DNA of 34,957 nucleotides from Dimargaris cristalligena (Eukaryota): NCBI GenBank assembly GCA_003614675.1, contig ML002385.1, positions 1 to 34,957 of the forward strand, read 5' to 3'. Shown piece by piece: positions 1 to 11,218 of this stretch (position 1 is its first letter; each line of letters starts with the position of its first letter). The notes under the pieces were generated by a model. It saw only the letters and a program-made list of their open reading frames with translations, ran no database searches and was not told where the DNA came from. The position numbers and the translations under genes were made by a program.

Positions 1-1
1 T

Positions 2-202
2 AATCCTATGGCCGCGAATCCAATCGGCTCAATCTCGACGGGTCATTTGGGGACCATCGAGCGCTATATCAAGCACAAAATTCCAAGCCTGTATCAGGAA
101 TGGGTGGATTCCAAGGAGTCGGCTATCCTCGTCGGGACCATTCCGGTTTCGAATAAGAGCAAGAACCCCGCGCCGTCAGGACCAGTGATTTCATTGGATT
201 AG
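2..202 (+). CDS. Possible 3' end of a gene truncated by the window edge (hypothetical protein)
   Basis: Frame is open from the window start to TAG at 200-202, with coding-like codon use (atc/gag/cgc/aag) followed by an AT-rich tract. No recognisable domain. Confidence 0.35.
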   Translation, partial: NPMAANPIGSISTGHLGTIERYIKHKIPSLYQEWVDSKESAILVGTIPVSNKSKNPAPSGPVISLD

Positions 203-1740
203 GTCAAAATGGGGACTTATACGGACAGAGCAACTGCCTCAGCTTCTCCCCTTTTTTAAAAAATTTTATACAGCTTATTCCTTGGTGCTACTTGATACAC
301 TCCAAATGAATGTCATAATATGATTTAATGATTATAACGCGAGGGAGGGTGGTATGACCAGTACAATACTAGTAGGCATCGATTACAGTACTTTGGTATG
401 AATAAGGGGCACGGTGATGTGGGGGAGGGAACTAAAAATGGGGAAACCACAATGTAGGGTCTACAGGGACCCCTTAGCGATTCTGGACCATCGATTCGGG
501 TGGTTTGCCACCACATGCATCCAATGGCTCCTCCTCTTCATGCCCGCCGACATACTATGGACATATTGCCAATAGGCTCACCCTCGGAGGTTTATTTGCT
601 AACAAAGGGGTACATTATCTTGCCTATAGTACACAACCTGGTCATGGCGGAGCTCGAGACGGAAACCGGGTATTGCTGCAACTGGAATTCATTATATTAA
701 CATAGTGTGGGGACGGGGAAGACCAGTCGAGTATGGGGACCGAGAAATCAGGGTCACTGCCGGAATTTGACTAGCAAGAGCTTTATCTTTTGCAATACAT
801 GTTTGGCTGTGCCGTACGCTAGTGAGTGTGCGACCCCTGGTGGAATTAAATCTTGGGCAAAAAATAGACGGCCAGGGCCTCCCCCCAAGGGGATATGCGG
901 ATCCCCTTTCGTAGGATATCGAGGCAATTTCCGAATATCGCCACTGGGAGTGGTGAATGGAGCTTCCCTCGAGGGGGAGAGGGTATACAGTAGCATCGCA
1001 AGAGAAGTAGGTGGGCGGGCGAGTGGATCGGTCGAGTGGCATCCGGATCAGTCCTAATCTGTTCCCAAAGTCCGGACACGCAGCCGTAATGTAATTTAAC
1101 CATTAAATCATTTGGAATTGGGGTTGTACAAGGCGGTCCATCTGACGGACTGCCGCTTTAAGGGGCCAGGATCATTCATGAGCGGCTTAGTTCGGCAGGG
1201 GCATTGCAAGACGGAGTGGGTTCTAGGTTACAGGCGATTAGGAAGGGTAAACGGCTAGAGAGTTAGACCCGACCAGGGATTCCGGTTTACATATATAAAT
1301 GGGGCCCGCGCCATCAACTAAAGCCAGCAAATCCATCATCTGAACAATCCTCCCCAAATCCTCTCGCCCCGCAAACGGTTATTGGGCTATTTATCGTCGA
1401 TTTATATCCATCTCATTATTGCCGCTTTCACCTGCCTCAACGTGTATCCTGCCTGTTGGTGTGTTTGACTGTGCTTCCACTGTCGCTCTTGGCTGTTTAA
1501 GCACTATCTCTTGTCCATGCCCAAATAGCGCCTAAGTTGTGAATTCCCCATGGCTCAGCGGCCAGCTAGATCTCTTCTGAAGCCCATTCCACATTCCTAG
1601 CTGTGTTTACCGCATTCGGTAAAACGTTTCCTATTTTTATTCCTTATTGTTGTTTTTACCCTCCTGCCTGGCCCCGCCATACATTTTTTCCCTGACCCCC
1701 TTCCTTCCCTATCTGACCATCCGGTTCGCCTCTCGCCACC

Positions 1741-3045
1741 ATGAACCTTGTTGAATCCTTCTACCGGCTTATCCTTATTATCGCCCAGGTGTTGTTCCTG
1801 GTGATCCGAAGTATCACCAAGTTCAGCATCCGCTTCCGCGACCGGGCTGAGAACTACCTGTTCCGCCGCCAAACCACCCACTCCATTTCCACCGTCCACG
1901 CCCTCGGCCGTCTGACCAACTTCCGCCCGGTCAGTTCGGAACTTCGTAAACTAGTTAATGGTGGCATTAACCCAGCCCTGTTCCAAACCCTCCGCCAGGA
2001 ATACGAGAAGCTCCCCAAAGTTCCCGAGCACTTCAGCTTTACCCTGCCGGCCCAGTACCTGTCCGCCCGGGTTCACCTGAACGAAGGCCTGCCCCGCGCT
2101 CTGCAATGGCGTTACTACCTTAAGGATGTTGCCAAAGGACTCTTCGGCCGCCACTACCTGGGTACTTCGGCCTACCAGCGCCCCGACCATATCGGCACCC
2201 AGCGCGGCGTGGAGGCCACCGTCACTACTATCGCCAATGTGGCCTTCTGGTCGCTTGCCGCTGGTATTCCCTGCCTGAGCGTATTCCAGCCCCAATGGCA
2301 CGTGTTCAGGGGCCCCACCGAATCCTACCATTGGAACCTGATCCAGCAGACCGACGACGAGAAACTCGAGCGTAACCAGAATAGCGACATTACTCCCCTG
2401 TCGCTGGACCTGCTGCTCCAGGTCCTCGAAATTGTTCAGGTGATGGCCCGCGAGGTGGCCCCGACCCCAACTGCCCGCTCTGCCGCTTCGTTCCTCAAGA
2501 AGCAGTCGCGCGAATACCTGGAGAACGAAATCTTACCCACGATCCAGTTGTTGAAGCGGGAAAAGAATCCTTCGCCGACGTCTTCCCCCACCCCCTCCTT
2601 CGCGCTGAAGCGAATTGTAGTCGTTTTCCGCGGAGAGCGCTACCCCGTCGGCCCCGAATACAAGATCCCGGAAACCAGCGCCTCCTCTGAAACCACTTCC
2701 CCCTCGACGACATCCGATTTGGAAATCCACTTGTTCGATGCCAAGCTGGGTCTGCCCAAACTCGCCGATCTTACCCAGACCCTGGCCACTCAAGTCCAGA
2801 GCGGGGAATTGGCCCTGGACGACATCAATGTCAAGTTTGTGGATGCTAAGATGCAGCTTACTAAATTCATCGACCCTAACCTGGTGTTAGTCACTGGTGG
2901 ACCCTTCGCCATGAACCTCTACCCCGCCTGGGCTACACGGTACGCCGAAGTGCAACATGCCCCCGAATACCAGTCCATTAAATACCCCGCTTTCCGACGG
3001 GCCCTCTACAGGTTCGCCAAGTGCTCGCAGCGCTTTGGTACATAA
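1741..3045 (+). CDS. NUS1: Dehydrodolichyl diphosphate synthase complex subunit Nus1/NgBR (cis-prenyltransferase partner)
   Basis: 434 aa. N-terminal hydrophobic segment, KLPKVPEH, FWSLAAGIPCLSVF, DPNLVLV..YPAWATRYAEV, and C-terminal ALYRFAKCSQRFGT with the RxG terminus typical of Nus1/NgBR. Start context gccaccATG. Confidence 0.9.
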   Translation: MNLVESFYRLILIIAQVLFLVIRSITKFSIRFRDRAENYLFRRQTTHSISTVHALGRLTNFRPVSSELRKLVNGGINPALFQTLRQEYEKLPKVPEHFSFTLPAQYLSARVHLNEGLPRALQWRYYLKDVAKGLFGRHYLGTSAYQRPDHIGTQRGVEATVTTIANVAFWSLAAGIPCLSVFQPQWHVFRGPTESYHWNLIQQTDDEKLERNQNSDITPLSLDLLLQVLEIVQVMAREVAPTPTARSAASFLKKQSREYLENEILPTIQLLKREKNPSPTSSPTPSFALKRIVVVFRGERYPVGPEYKIPETSASSETTSPSTTSDLEIHLFDAKLGLPKLADLTQTLATQVQSGELALDDINVKFVDAKMQLTKFIDPNLVLVTGGPFAMNLYPAWATRYAEVQHAPEYQSIKYPAFRRALYRFAKCSQRFGT

Positions 3046-5107
3046 TTGCCTTGTAAAACGGTGGTCAGGAATTTCAGGCATTAGTCGTTCTAATCCCACC
3101 TTCCCCGGACCCCATCTTTTTTTATTTGTTTTCCCAAAAAGCAGCCAGAATTATTGATATCATTTAGCTTTGGTTTTTTGAAATTGTAAGGTTTTACTCG
3201 CTGGCCCTTCTTAATGGGATCCGGCAGATATAATAATTATCTATCTTAAGAACTCTGGCTGTCGATCCCACCGTACTATGTGGAAATTACACCAGTCATA
3301 GTATCTAGATCCCCCCTTGTATTTGTCTTATTTTGCTACAGGAGTTTACTGAGTCCTATTAAATGGTAGGGGCACCCCTCCTTTACCTGATTTTCTACCT
3401 CCTATAATTCTCTTTTTATTTTTCTCCCCTCTGAAGCTGTATAATCTTTCCAGTCGCATTCCTTCCCACACTTCCCTAACTTTGTTTAGTGCTGTCTCGT
3501 AAATACAATATCTATTCCTATTTATATCTGATGTAGAATCACAACGCGTCTGCTGGGAAATATTTTTCTAAAATCACAAGCTGCAAAATGGTTGGTTGAC
3601 CACCGGAAAATGGTTTAGCCAAGATGCCTTCAGGTTGAAGCCCAGCTGGTCAAGCGGCGATCAGCTAAATCTGAATTATAGTTCCCAGGCTGTCGACTTA
3701 TTAGCAGGATCACCTGTTACAAACTTTGGTTAGCGGAAGTCCTTAACCACTAGTGCCTCTCCGTATTAAGAAATAAACCATCCAATGAATGAATCTGGAC
3801 ATCACGCCCCTTTGAAATCCCAAAACGCGTGCTTGGACTTATATTGCGCAAGTCAACGAGGTGTACCACCACTCCGCAGGGCAATAGGTAACGTCGCCTG
3901 GTTCATCCTGGCGGCCTCGGTTCGCCCTAAACCACCTCCATGATTTTCTACTTCGAATGTATTACTTACTTTCAACCAATCGCCCAACTGTTTGACCTAG
4001 GTGATTTGCAATACGGCTGAAGTTTAAAAATCGACGTTGTAGGTATAGTACAGGGTTCTTAAAATTGAAATATTCATAGCTCCGGTCGCGTAATTTTGGT
4101 AGGTGCTAGGCGAATCTATGGCATTCGCCAATATTTCCCCCTACATCACCACCATAGGCCCTGTCTTGCATGCGTGGGTAGAACTAGAAAGTCCGTCTGG
4201 TGCAGACTAGGTCAATTCTAATATCACCTGGGGTGGTCTACGAGTCATGGTCGGGTAATTGTCGCAAGTCATTCACATATACTCCTAACCAGGTCCTTTC
4301 AGCCCAATAAAACCATTCAGAAGATTTTAATCGACAGCGCGGGCTCGTACTTCGAAATCTTGCCTACTGCTGAACCTATTGCCTTCTGGGTGGATCAACA
4401 TAGCCTGCCATCCAGTAAACCCCATGCTCGTTTGCGATTACCTGGTGGCGCTTTTCGAGTGATTGCGTCTCAACTGTCTCGGCCACCAAGGAACTTGGAC
4501 TGCCGGAATCATTACCAAGACGATTAGCCTGCCTAGTTAGTGCCTTTACGGCATAGCAGCCCTCAAGTGCTTGGCTGAAGCACGCTATCGGACTTAGTGA
4601 ATAATTCGCCAAATCGGAGGGCTGAGTTGTAGCAGACTAGGTGACCTGGCTTTATCTATGGTCCAGAACCGAGCAAGTCAATTAAAGTCAATGGGTAAGG
4701 CCACCCGTGGGCATTTAGGGCCAAAAACAGAGCCGCCGTGCAAGGCCACCAAACACTTCACTCTCAGTATACAACGATCCTTTGAATGACAATCCAGGGG
4801 TATGCCTGGAAGCGGGGTTGTCAAGGCAAACTTCCCTCGTAGGGGGTTGGCCCAGACAGAGCGCAAGTGTTCTCATCCCTGGGTTAGACAGGTTAGTTGG
4901 CCAATAGAGGCACCACACTGATGGATCATTTATTTAATTGGTGGTCAGCTCGTCAACCCACGCTAAATGTCCAAAGATTCGTCAGTGATTGCGTATAGGC
5001 GCTGGGTAATGGTATCTCCGCTCCACATGGGATACGGATATGAGCCCTTTGGTGATTGACAAGGCGTCGACCCACTAGGGAACTGAACCTGACAGCTCTC
5101 CGACGAT

Positions 5108-5395
5108 TAGACACTTTCCGACCAGGATCATCTCCCTAGTCAAAAGCCCTGTCTGTCATTTAACTGGGCTAGGCTTACTTTAACCAATCCAGTGTAAATA
5201 ACCCACCTTTGGCTGGAGCTATGGGAATTTGGTGAATCCTTCGCGTACGCCGGACCTTTGGCCGGCAGAATACGTGTGTTTAACCCAACCTACTCTGGCA
5301 ATCACGCCTTGATGGATGCAATTGGTGCCGGCAAGGCCTACTACACCACAAGCTAATGCGCCCTGGGAAGTAGAAGCAGAGTGTCAAACTGCCAA
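5108..5395 (+). promoter_or_regulatory. 288-bp near-identical non-coding block upstream of the peptide gene (copy 1)
   Basis: 6 mismatches in 288 nt versus rc 26929-27216 (counted by eye). No sizeable ORF. Contains CCAAT and GTAAATA (forkhead-like) words. Regulatory role is inferred. Confidence 0.5.
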
Positions 5396-5514
5396 CGAGT
5401 CACACCTTAATGACCCCTTGGAAATTCGTATCAGTTGGCGGACTAGGTCACAAGTCCCATGAGGCACCCATCGATGTGCTGGCTCTATCCTAGCAACCCC
5501 CCTCCCCCGGCTAA

Positions 5515-5521
5515 TATAAAA
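5515..5521 (+). promoter_or_regulatory. TATA box of peptide gene copy 1
   Basis: TATAAAA ~115 nt upstream of ATG 5634, followed by a C/A/T-rich leader. Conserved in copy 2 (26805-26810). AATAAA at 5970-5975 is also conserved in copy 2. Confidence 0.7.
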
Positions 5522-5633
5522 GGATTCTTCTGCGCCCACCAAGAAGCGATATTCACCAGTTTCACTTCCTTCCAACACACAGTTCATCATCCAACTCCTC
5601 TCCTCTCCACCCACCATATCCATTCAATCAATA

Positions 5634-5807
5634 ATGGTTTCCATTCGCTTCGCTGTTGTCGCCGCCGTGGCTGTTCTCTTCGTTGGTGCCCAGGCTGGCC
5701 CTTCTGAGTTCCGCGCCCCTGATTTGAGCAAGCGCCAATTGACCGGCGGGTCCGGCAACGACAGCGGCGGTGTCGGCCTTGGCTGGGGCTCCAGCTGGGG
5801 CTGGTAA
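5634..5807 (+). CDS. Secreted prepro-peptide, 57 aa (signal peptide, pro-region, Kex2-type KR site, Gly/Trp-rich 23-mer), copy 1
   Basis: Own translation: MVSIRFAVVAAVAVLFVGAQAGPSEFRAPDLSKRQLTGGSGNDSGGVGLGWGSSWGW*. Hydrophobic core ending AQA|G, KR dibasic site, C/T-ending codon bias like PGK/VDAC, TATA and AATAAA flanks, near-identical second copy. Confidence 0.88.
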   Translation: MVSIRFAVVAAVAVLFVGAQAGPSEFRAPDLSKRQLTGGSGNDSGGVGLGWGSSWGW

Positions 5808-7150
5808 ATACCCCCCCCCCCTTCCGCCCCCCGCTACATTCGTCCCCAGAAAGTCTTGTGGTCTCACCACCCGTCATCCACTCAAGATATACCGCCCCCG
5901 GTCGAGCCCCGATTCGGCCTGAATTCCATTCCTCTCTGTTAGTTTATCCAGCTGTCGTTTCCATCACCTAATAAATATTTATAATCACGAATAACTAAGA
6001 CAATGTTCATTTACGGACTTTTTAAAAAATTATTGAATTAGAGATGTGTTTGGGACGGGTTCTGAAGGGATGGCAAGGCGCGGCATATTCTGTTAGAAGA
6101 GCTATGGCTACAAGTACTAAAAGGTTCACTCGGATGCTTACACTAGTGTCCTTTACAGGCGAAAAACTTAACCGGAGTTATATCAAACCCAGCGGTGGAT
6201 ACATGAGCACTATTTGTGTGTATAGTATGTTCGCCTAGATAAGATTCCGCAGGTGAGGTGTGAATTTCAGGTTCCAATACACAAATATGAGACTAGCGGA
6301 GGTCTGGCAAAGAGGTTTTCACCACAACTTGGTCGATGTATAGTTTACACACCTTTACTTTTAATTATACTATGTTATATTTCTGTGTACAATGTAGTAT
6401 AGATGCCTCACTAGCCTGGGACTGGGCCACACAAATGCGAACCATACACCGGTAAACAACCAGGAAAAGGTATTGCATTCGATTACAATCTTATTAAAAG
6501 AAATCATTCGCACCTACTTGCCTTTTGTCTATGGGGGGTTTACGAACAGCTGTGTATAATCACGATGACAATTATTTTATTGCTCAAATTGCTATAGCCA
6601 GTTTTATTTCACGTTATAGCCATTAAGCAGTCAAGAGTTGCCCACCCATTATACAGTATAGCTTTGAGAATCTTGGCGTGAAACGGGGTGGGATATACTA
6701 AAGTAAACAGGTGCCAATTGTCCGTTTAATGGGTGGTGACTCTCAGCGCATAATTATTTATAAACTACACGATACTGCGTTATAGAGCCCCCAGTATTCG
6801 GAGTATTTCTCGAGTAAACCCGAATAACATGGCATGTTGTCATGATTCATTAAGCCTTCTTCACTTTGTCGATTTCCTATATATTTGGGTATGCTCACCT
6901 TGATTTAAGCGATCAGTAATTTAGTTACCCCTCCTATATAAGGCACCATCGTTCCTTCCCCTTTGCCCCGTGCTTCATAGCTGTCTTCTTAACTCGGCTT
7001 ATCCTGCTGTATATATTGAAACCCTATTTCAGTGACCTCCCCACATATTACTTTGGTGTCCTTATCTCATGCCAATTTATTTATTTTATATTTATTTGGG
7101 GTTAATGCGAGGGCCTTCTGGGCCTGACCCCGTTAAATTAAAATATTTAA

Positions 7151-7480
7151 TTAAACATATTTAAGGAAGAAAATATCATACCTCATGAACCAAGCGTATA
7201 GGCAAATTAATCGGTTTTTAGGATGGCACTTATGACCGTTAAATTTATTAGTAAAGTAAACACTCTTACAGACAGGGCATTGTCGTTCGCTGATTTTTTT
7301 GACTTTTTCGGGTTCGCCAGCATAGTTGCGAGGAGGGGAGCCGGTTGCACTCAGCTGGTTGGCCGAGAATGAAACTTCATCGTAGGTTGAATCCATTCCG
7401 ATGGGCTGGGCATGATACAATGGAGTGAAATAGAGACCGAGTAGGGCCGCGGCCAAGGTGAGCATGTACAAACAGTTCAT
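7151..7480 (-). CDS. Small putative secreted protein with a zinc-finger-like motif (CPVC-x11-HxCH)
   Basis: 109 aa. N-terminus MNCLYMLTLAAALLGLYFTPLYHA|QP is signal-peptide-like. Basic patch KVKKISER, then CPVCKSVYFTNKFNGHKCH. TATA element ~110 nt upstream. Confidence 0.6.
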   Translation of the reverse strand: MNCLYMLTLAAALLGLYFTPLYHAQPIGMDSTYDEVSFSANQLSATGSPPRNYAGEPEKVKKISERQCPVCKSVYFTNKFNGHKCHPKNRLICLYAWFMRYDIFFLKYV

Positions 7481-7590
7481 AGTGAGAGGTGGGGCTATGT
7501 AATAATGGTTGCAGAGGTATGTGGGAAGTCGGTTGGAATCGGTTGCGGAAAATGGTGATGTGGGTTTTGGAGGTGGAGCAGTAATGTAGT

Positions 7591-7602
7591 CCTATATATA
7601 GG
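7591..7602 (-). promoter_or_regulatory. TATA box (palindromic CCTATATATAGG) for the 7151-7480 gene
   Basis: Same spacing to ATG as in the peptide genes, with a C/A-rich leader on the minus strand. Confidence 0.55.
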
Positions 7603-10600
7603 GTACAGTGGTGGTTGGGGTCGGGGCTAGGAGGTATTATAGAGGGTCTTTACCTGTGATACACCTTGATTGTTCCACTCAACATTGGCTGTGTAGAAAT
7701 AAGAATTAGACCCAGCTTATGGTGTATTACATTATCATTGGCTCATGCACATTTTAATAGCTATTATAGTGGAGCCTATGCAAACACAGTATTTAAGAGC
7801 AAATTCAACTTCGCGTGCAAAAAGTACCAAGTGAACTCTCGATTTTTTCGGTCGTTACACTAATTCGAGGTATTGGGCTATAGTCCAATGTCCACCCCGT
7901 AGGACAACTCAGTTCTATTGGCTTTGGATCGGTGTGCGTAGTTTGTCTAATGCCATCTGAGTATTTGCATCGACCAACCCCACCTCCGCAATGGTATGGG
8001 ATGAGGTTTTGGGGAAGTATGCCCTTGACGTGGTAAAAACAAAAAAAAAACGTAACATTAAAAGAAGATGTATTACCGCGACCATTCCTACTTACAGTAA
8101 AGAAACTTTATTCTCAAATACAATAGGCAAACCCAAGCCCGGGCCGTCTTGCCGTTAAGGTCAAAACCCTAGGGAGTCCCATCCATTGGGTTTACCCTTA
8201 ATGGTAACACGTCTCGGTTGGAAGTTTAAGCAGGGATAAATACGTCAACTAGGACTCATTTGGTCAATAACCTAGTCATGGACCTAGAAACTTATTGTGA
8301 TATTTAGTTCTCGACTTGAAATTATTCCGAATACTTGAATTTCCAGGCTCCAAGGGCATGGTAAACCTATCTAAAGATATATAAACATGCTGGCATACTA
8401 ATTCTGATACCAGCTTCCCCCTTCCGATTCTGGCCGGATAAGATAGCCCTGTAGCTGCTGTTTTCGGCTGTTAGTTTTCATTTGGATTGGCAATCCGGGG
8501 AAGTTCGTGTAGCGCCCTTAGGGTAACCATTGAGAGAAATACGCCAATCCCTGTACTACACCTTTACGTGTGCTTTCTCAGTAAACGGTGGTGCCCACAC
8601 GAGGTCTACCTTGGCTACTATTCTCCCGTTCTCTTCCATCGGCCTTGGTGTGCGTCCATTCTGTACAATTGGCCCATAGCTGACCACTCGATAAAATGGT
8701 TTCAGAGAAGGCGAAAACTCATGTGCGGCTGTTTCGTCAGAGAGTGTCACACAGTGAGGACAGAGGGGCGCGTGGTTTCTAAACTGGGGCATGTAAATTG
8801 ATAGGCAGTTGCTAAATAATAACAAGCCGCTATAGCGGGGCATGTCTAATGAGTTAGAGTGTAACCTCTGGTCTATACGTCGACTGACTTTGGAATATCA
8901 ACAATATTAGCCATTGTAAACCTAATGCCCGTATAATTGATGTATTAAAGAGCCATATCCGAGCTGTATAAACCACCATACACAAGCTCCAGCGTATAGT
9001 TTGGCCAAGAGTTATAAGGGCCAATTCGTGAAACAACCACATTCTATGCATTTGAAGAAAAGAGAGATTGCCCCTATCCCTGCCGGTGATCCCGTTACGG
9101 GTTTGAGGGGAAATATGTTAACAGACCAACATCCAATTCCTCCGACTGGCCTAATTATGATTGCTGACATTGGTCCTGCTTCGCAATACCACTCAAAATT
9201 CGGAGCGGTGTCTAGCAGAATTTGAAGCGGCTGGGGCAACAGACCTCGGGATTGTATTAATTTATTTAAATACCGATAGATATCTACTTGTTAAAACCAA
9301 AGAAATTGGTAGAAAAACTGCTCATGACCCTACTGCCTCGGTATTCCATAAAATCAGGGCAACTTACGGCAACATAATCCCTCTGAGGTCATGTAATTCG
9401 TCCCTTAGCTATAAGAAGGACATGTCCAAAGACCTGTCCGCTCGACTTTATGAAGTAAAAAGGCGACTTCCAGGCAAGTAGTACAGCGTGGTTCGTCCAC
9501 CCCTTCCATTTCTAAAAGGATGCGGGAAAGCTAAGCGAATTGCCCATTAACCTAATCTGAGACCGGCTCGACTTCTAGTTGTGCTAGCAGTTTGCCGACT
9601 TCCCTACCTACACTATCCTTAGTTCACCAAAGGGTCCCAAAATTTAGTATGTGGGAAAACTTGTGGCACCCCACCATTACGGATGAAAAATTATAAAATC
9701 CACATGATCACCTGTCTGAAAAGCCATTCTAACACCAGTTTGACAAGATATTTGAATTAGAACCAATGCATTGTCCCATTGATCGGAAAGGATAAGTGTG
9801 GACAAGAGCCCCTTAACTAAACGAGCAAGGCTTGCTAATGGTAGCTAAGTCCCCTTTCGTTGAAAACCCCTGATATTGCCTGATGGTGTGACTGAGAATG
9901 TTACACTCTTGTGCGAATTGAAATTGTACGGAGCTTCGGCTTAACATGGATTGGGGAGAATAACAAGATGACCATCCATTTGTATTTTACATCGATGAAC
10001 CTATCGGTATTAGTCCCTTTGGGGTCTCCTTGTACCTATGCCGGATAGCCCAGCCATGAGTCTGCGGAAGGAATATCACCCGAAGAGCCAGGCGCATGTA
10101 CGAGGTGGCTGGAACAGTTGTCAATATAATCTGTATCGATATAGTTATTCAATTGAGGAGAGTCGCACTTTCACCTGAGTGACCAATATATTGGGTTATG
10201 TAGTCTGGAGAGATAAATATTCAGTAAACAACTGAATGGGTCACCCCAGGTCTCTTGACGGCTGGAGGTAAGGCAGAGTGACCATGCAATCCTAATTCCG
10301 CCCATGCCCCACCCGGGGTCAATATTTAGTAGGCCGAAATCTTTACATTGGGCAGCATTATACGGCTACTCCTGGACGGGATAAAATGACGGTATCCTAA
10401 TGGACTATATGTGGTTGTGATGAGGCGCGTCTGATGGGTTAGTGGCTGGTTTGATATCTCCCATAACTTTGGCATAGAGACAGAGTGGACAAACCCTTGT
10501 TTTTATTTAACACCGGGCTTCAAATACCAAGTAACTAGCTTGTGGGAAAGGGCATCATAAACCACGATGAAAGTGGATAAGATGGCAATATTGCCACATA

Positions 10601-11218
10601 ATATGTTAATTTACGAAGTAGATCAGGGTAGAAGCCATCAGACTATTGGCCACTAAACAATGCTAATGGCGTGATGTAGCTATCTCTTAGTGTCGGGAGT
10701 GGAAGGGTGGGTGAGATAATTCCATCACCCTACATAGGATTTCCAGACATGGTTAAAGCAAGTAACAGTTGCTACTCCTCCAAAAAATCCCCTTAAATTC
10801 AAACCGGGACCATAGCAGGTATGTATTGTAGGTTTAAACCAGTCGCCCTACTGACATTGCTAATGGAATACATTTCAATATCCAATTCGCTTATGTTGAA
10901 GAATTCTAATACTACATCTCTAATTGACCTTATTTATTTGCTAAAAGGTTCGTATATGTAATAGAATCGGTGGAAATAATATGCAATACCGACGCAAATT
11001 TTTCATGGCAATATAATTGGATACTAACCCCGATCAAGGTCAATAAGGGCATGTGACTCCTCCAGGTTTATTAGGCCTAAATGTCATGGTTGGGCCCTGG
11101 ACGTCTAGGCTAATATACTTTTATCAGGAATCAATTCAAGTTTAACCAGCTTTGGGATTTCGAAAATTAAATTTATTTAAATGTAGCTAATAACATACTG
11201 TATACATAAATATTTTTC

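Larger units (their letters stand above)
3780..6500 (+). repeat. Left arm of a large diverged inverted duplication (partner ~25745-28810)
   Basis: Colinear reverse-complement anchors read by eye: 3807-3825 = rc 28763-28781; 3844-3858 ~ rc 28462-28476; 5108-5395 ~ rc 26929-27216; 5634-5807 ~ rc 26499-26672; ctagcctgggactgggc at ~6411-6427 = rc ~25822-25838. Boundaries approximate. Confidence 0.92.

Noticed and set aside
325..1103. Cluster of short overlapping ORFs, one containing IPPGVAHS (cupin-like)
   Set aside because: No consistent frame, codon bias or additional family motifs; a single short word is not evidence.
4376..4918. ORFs similar to 27262-27621 and 27716-28033
   Set aside because: Similarity follows from the DNA duplication; ORF limits differ between copies, non-ATG starts, and no visible bias to synonymous change.
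5587..5877. Minus-strand ORFs over peptide copy 1, and the 265-aa ORF 25915-26712 over copy 2
   Set aside because: Antisense shadows: their starts and stops are not conserved between arms, whereas the 57-aa frame, TATA and polyA signal are.
8487..10900. Possible decayed gene or transposon (e.g. frame from 9649 MWENLWHP.. interrupted by TAA codons)
   Set aside because: Stop density is about what random sequence gives and no RT, integrase, transposase or other motif was recognisable; needs BLASTX to decide.
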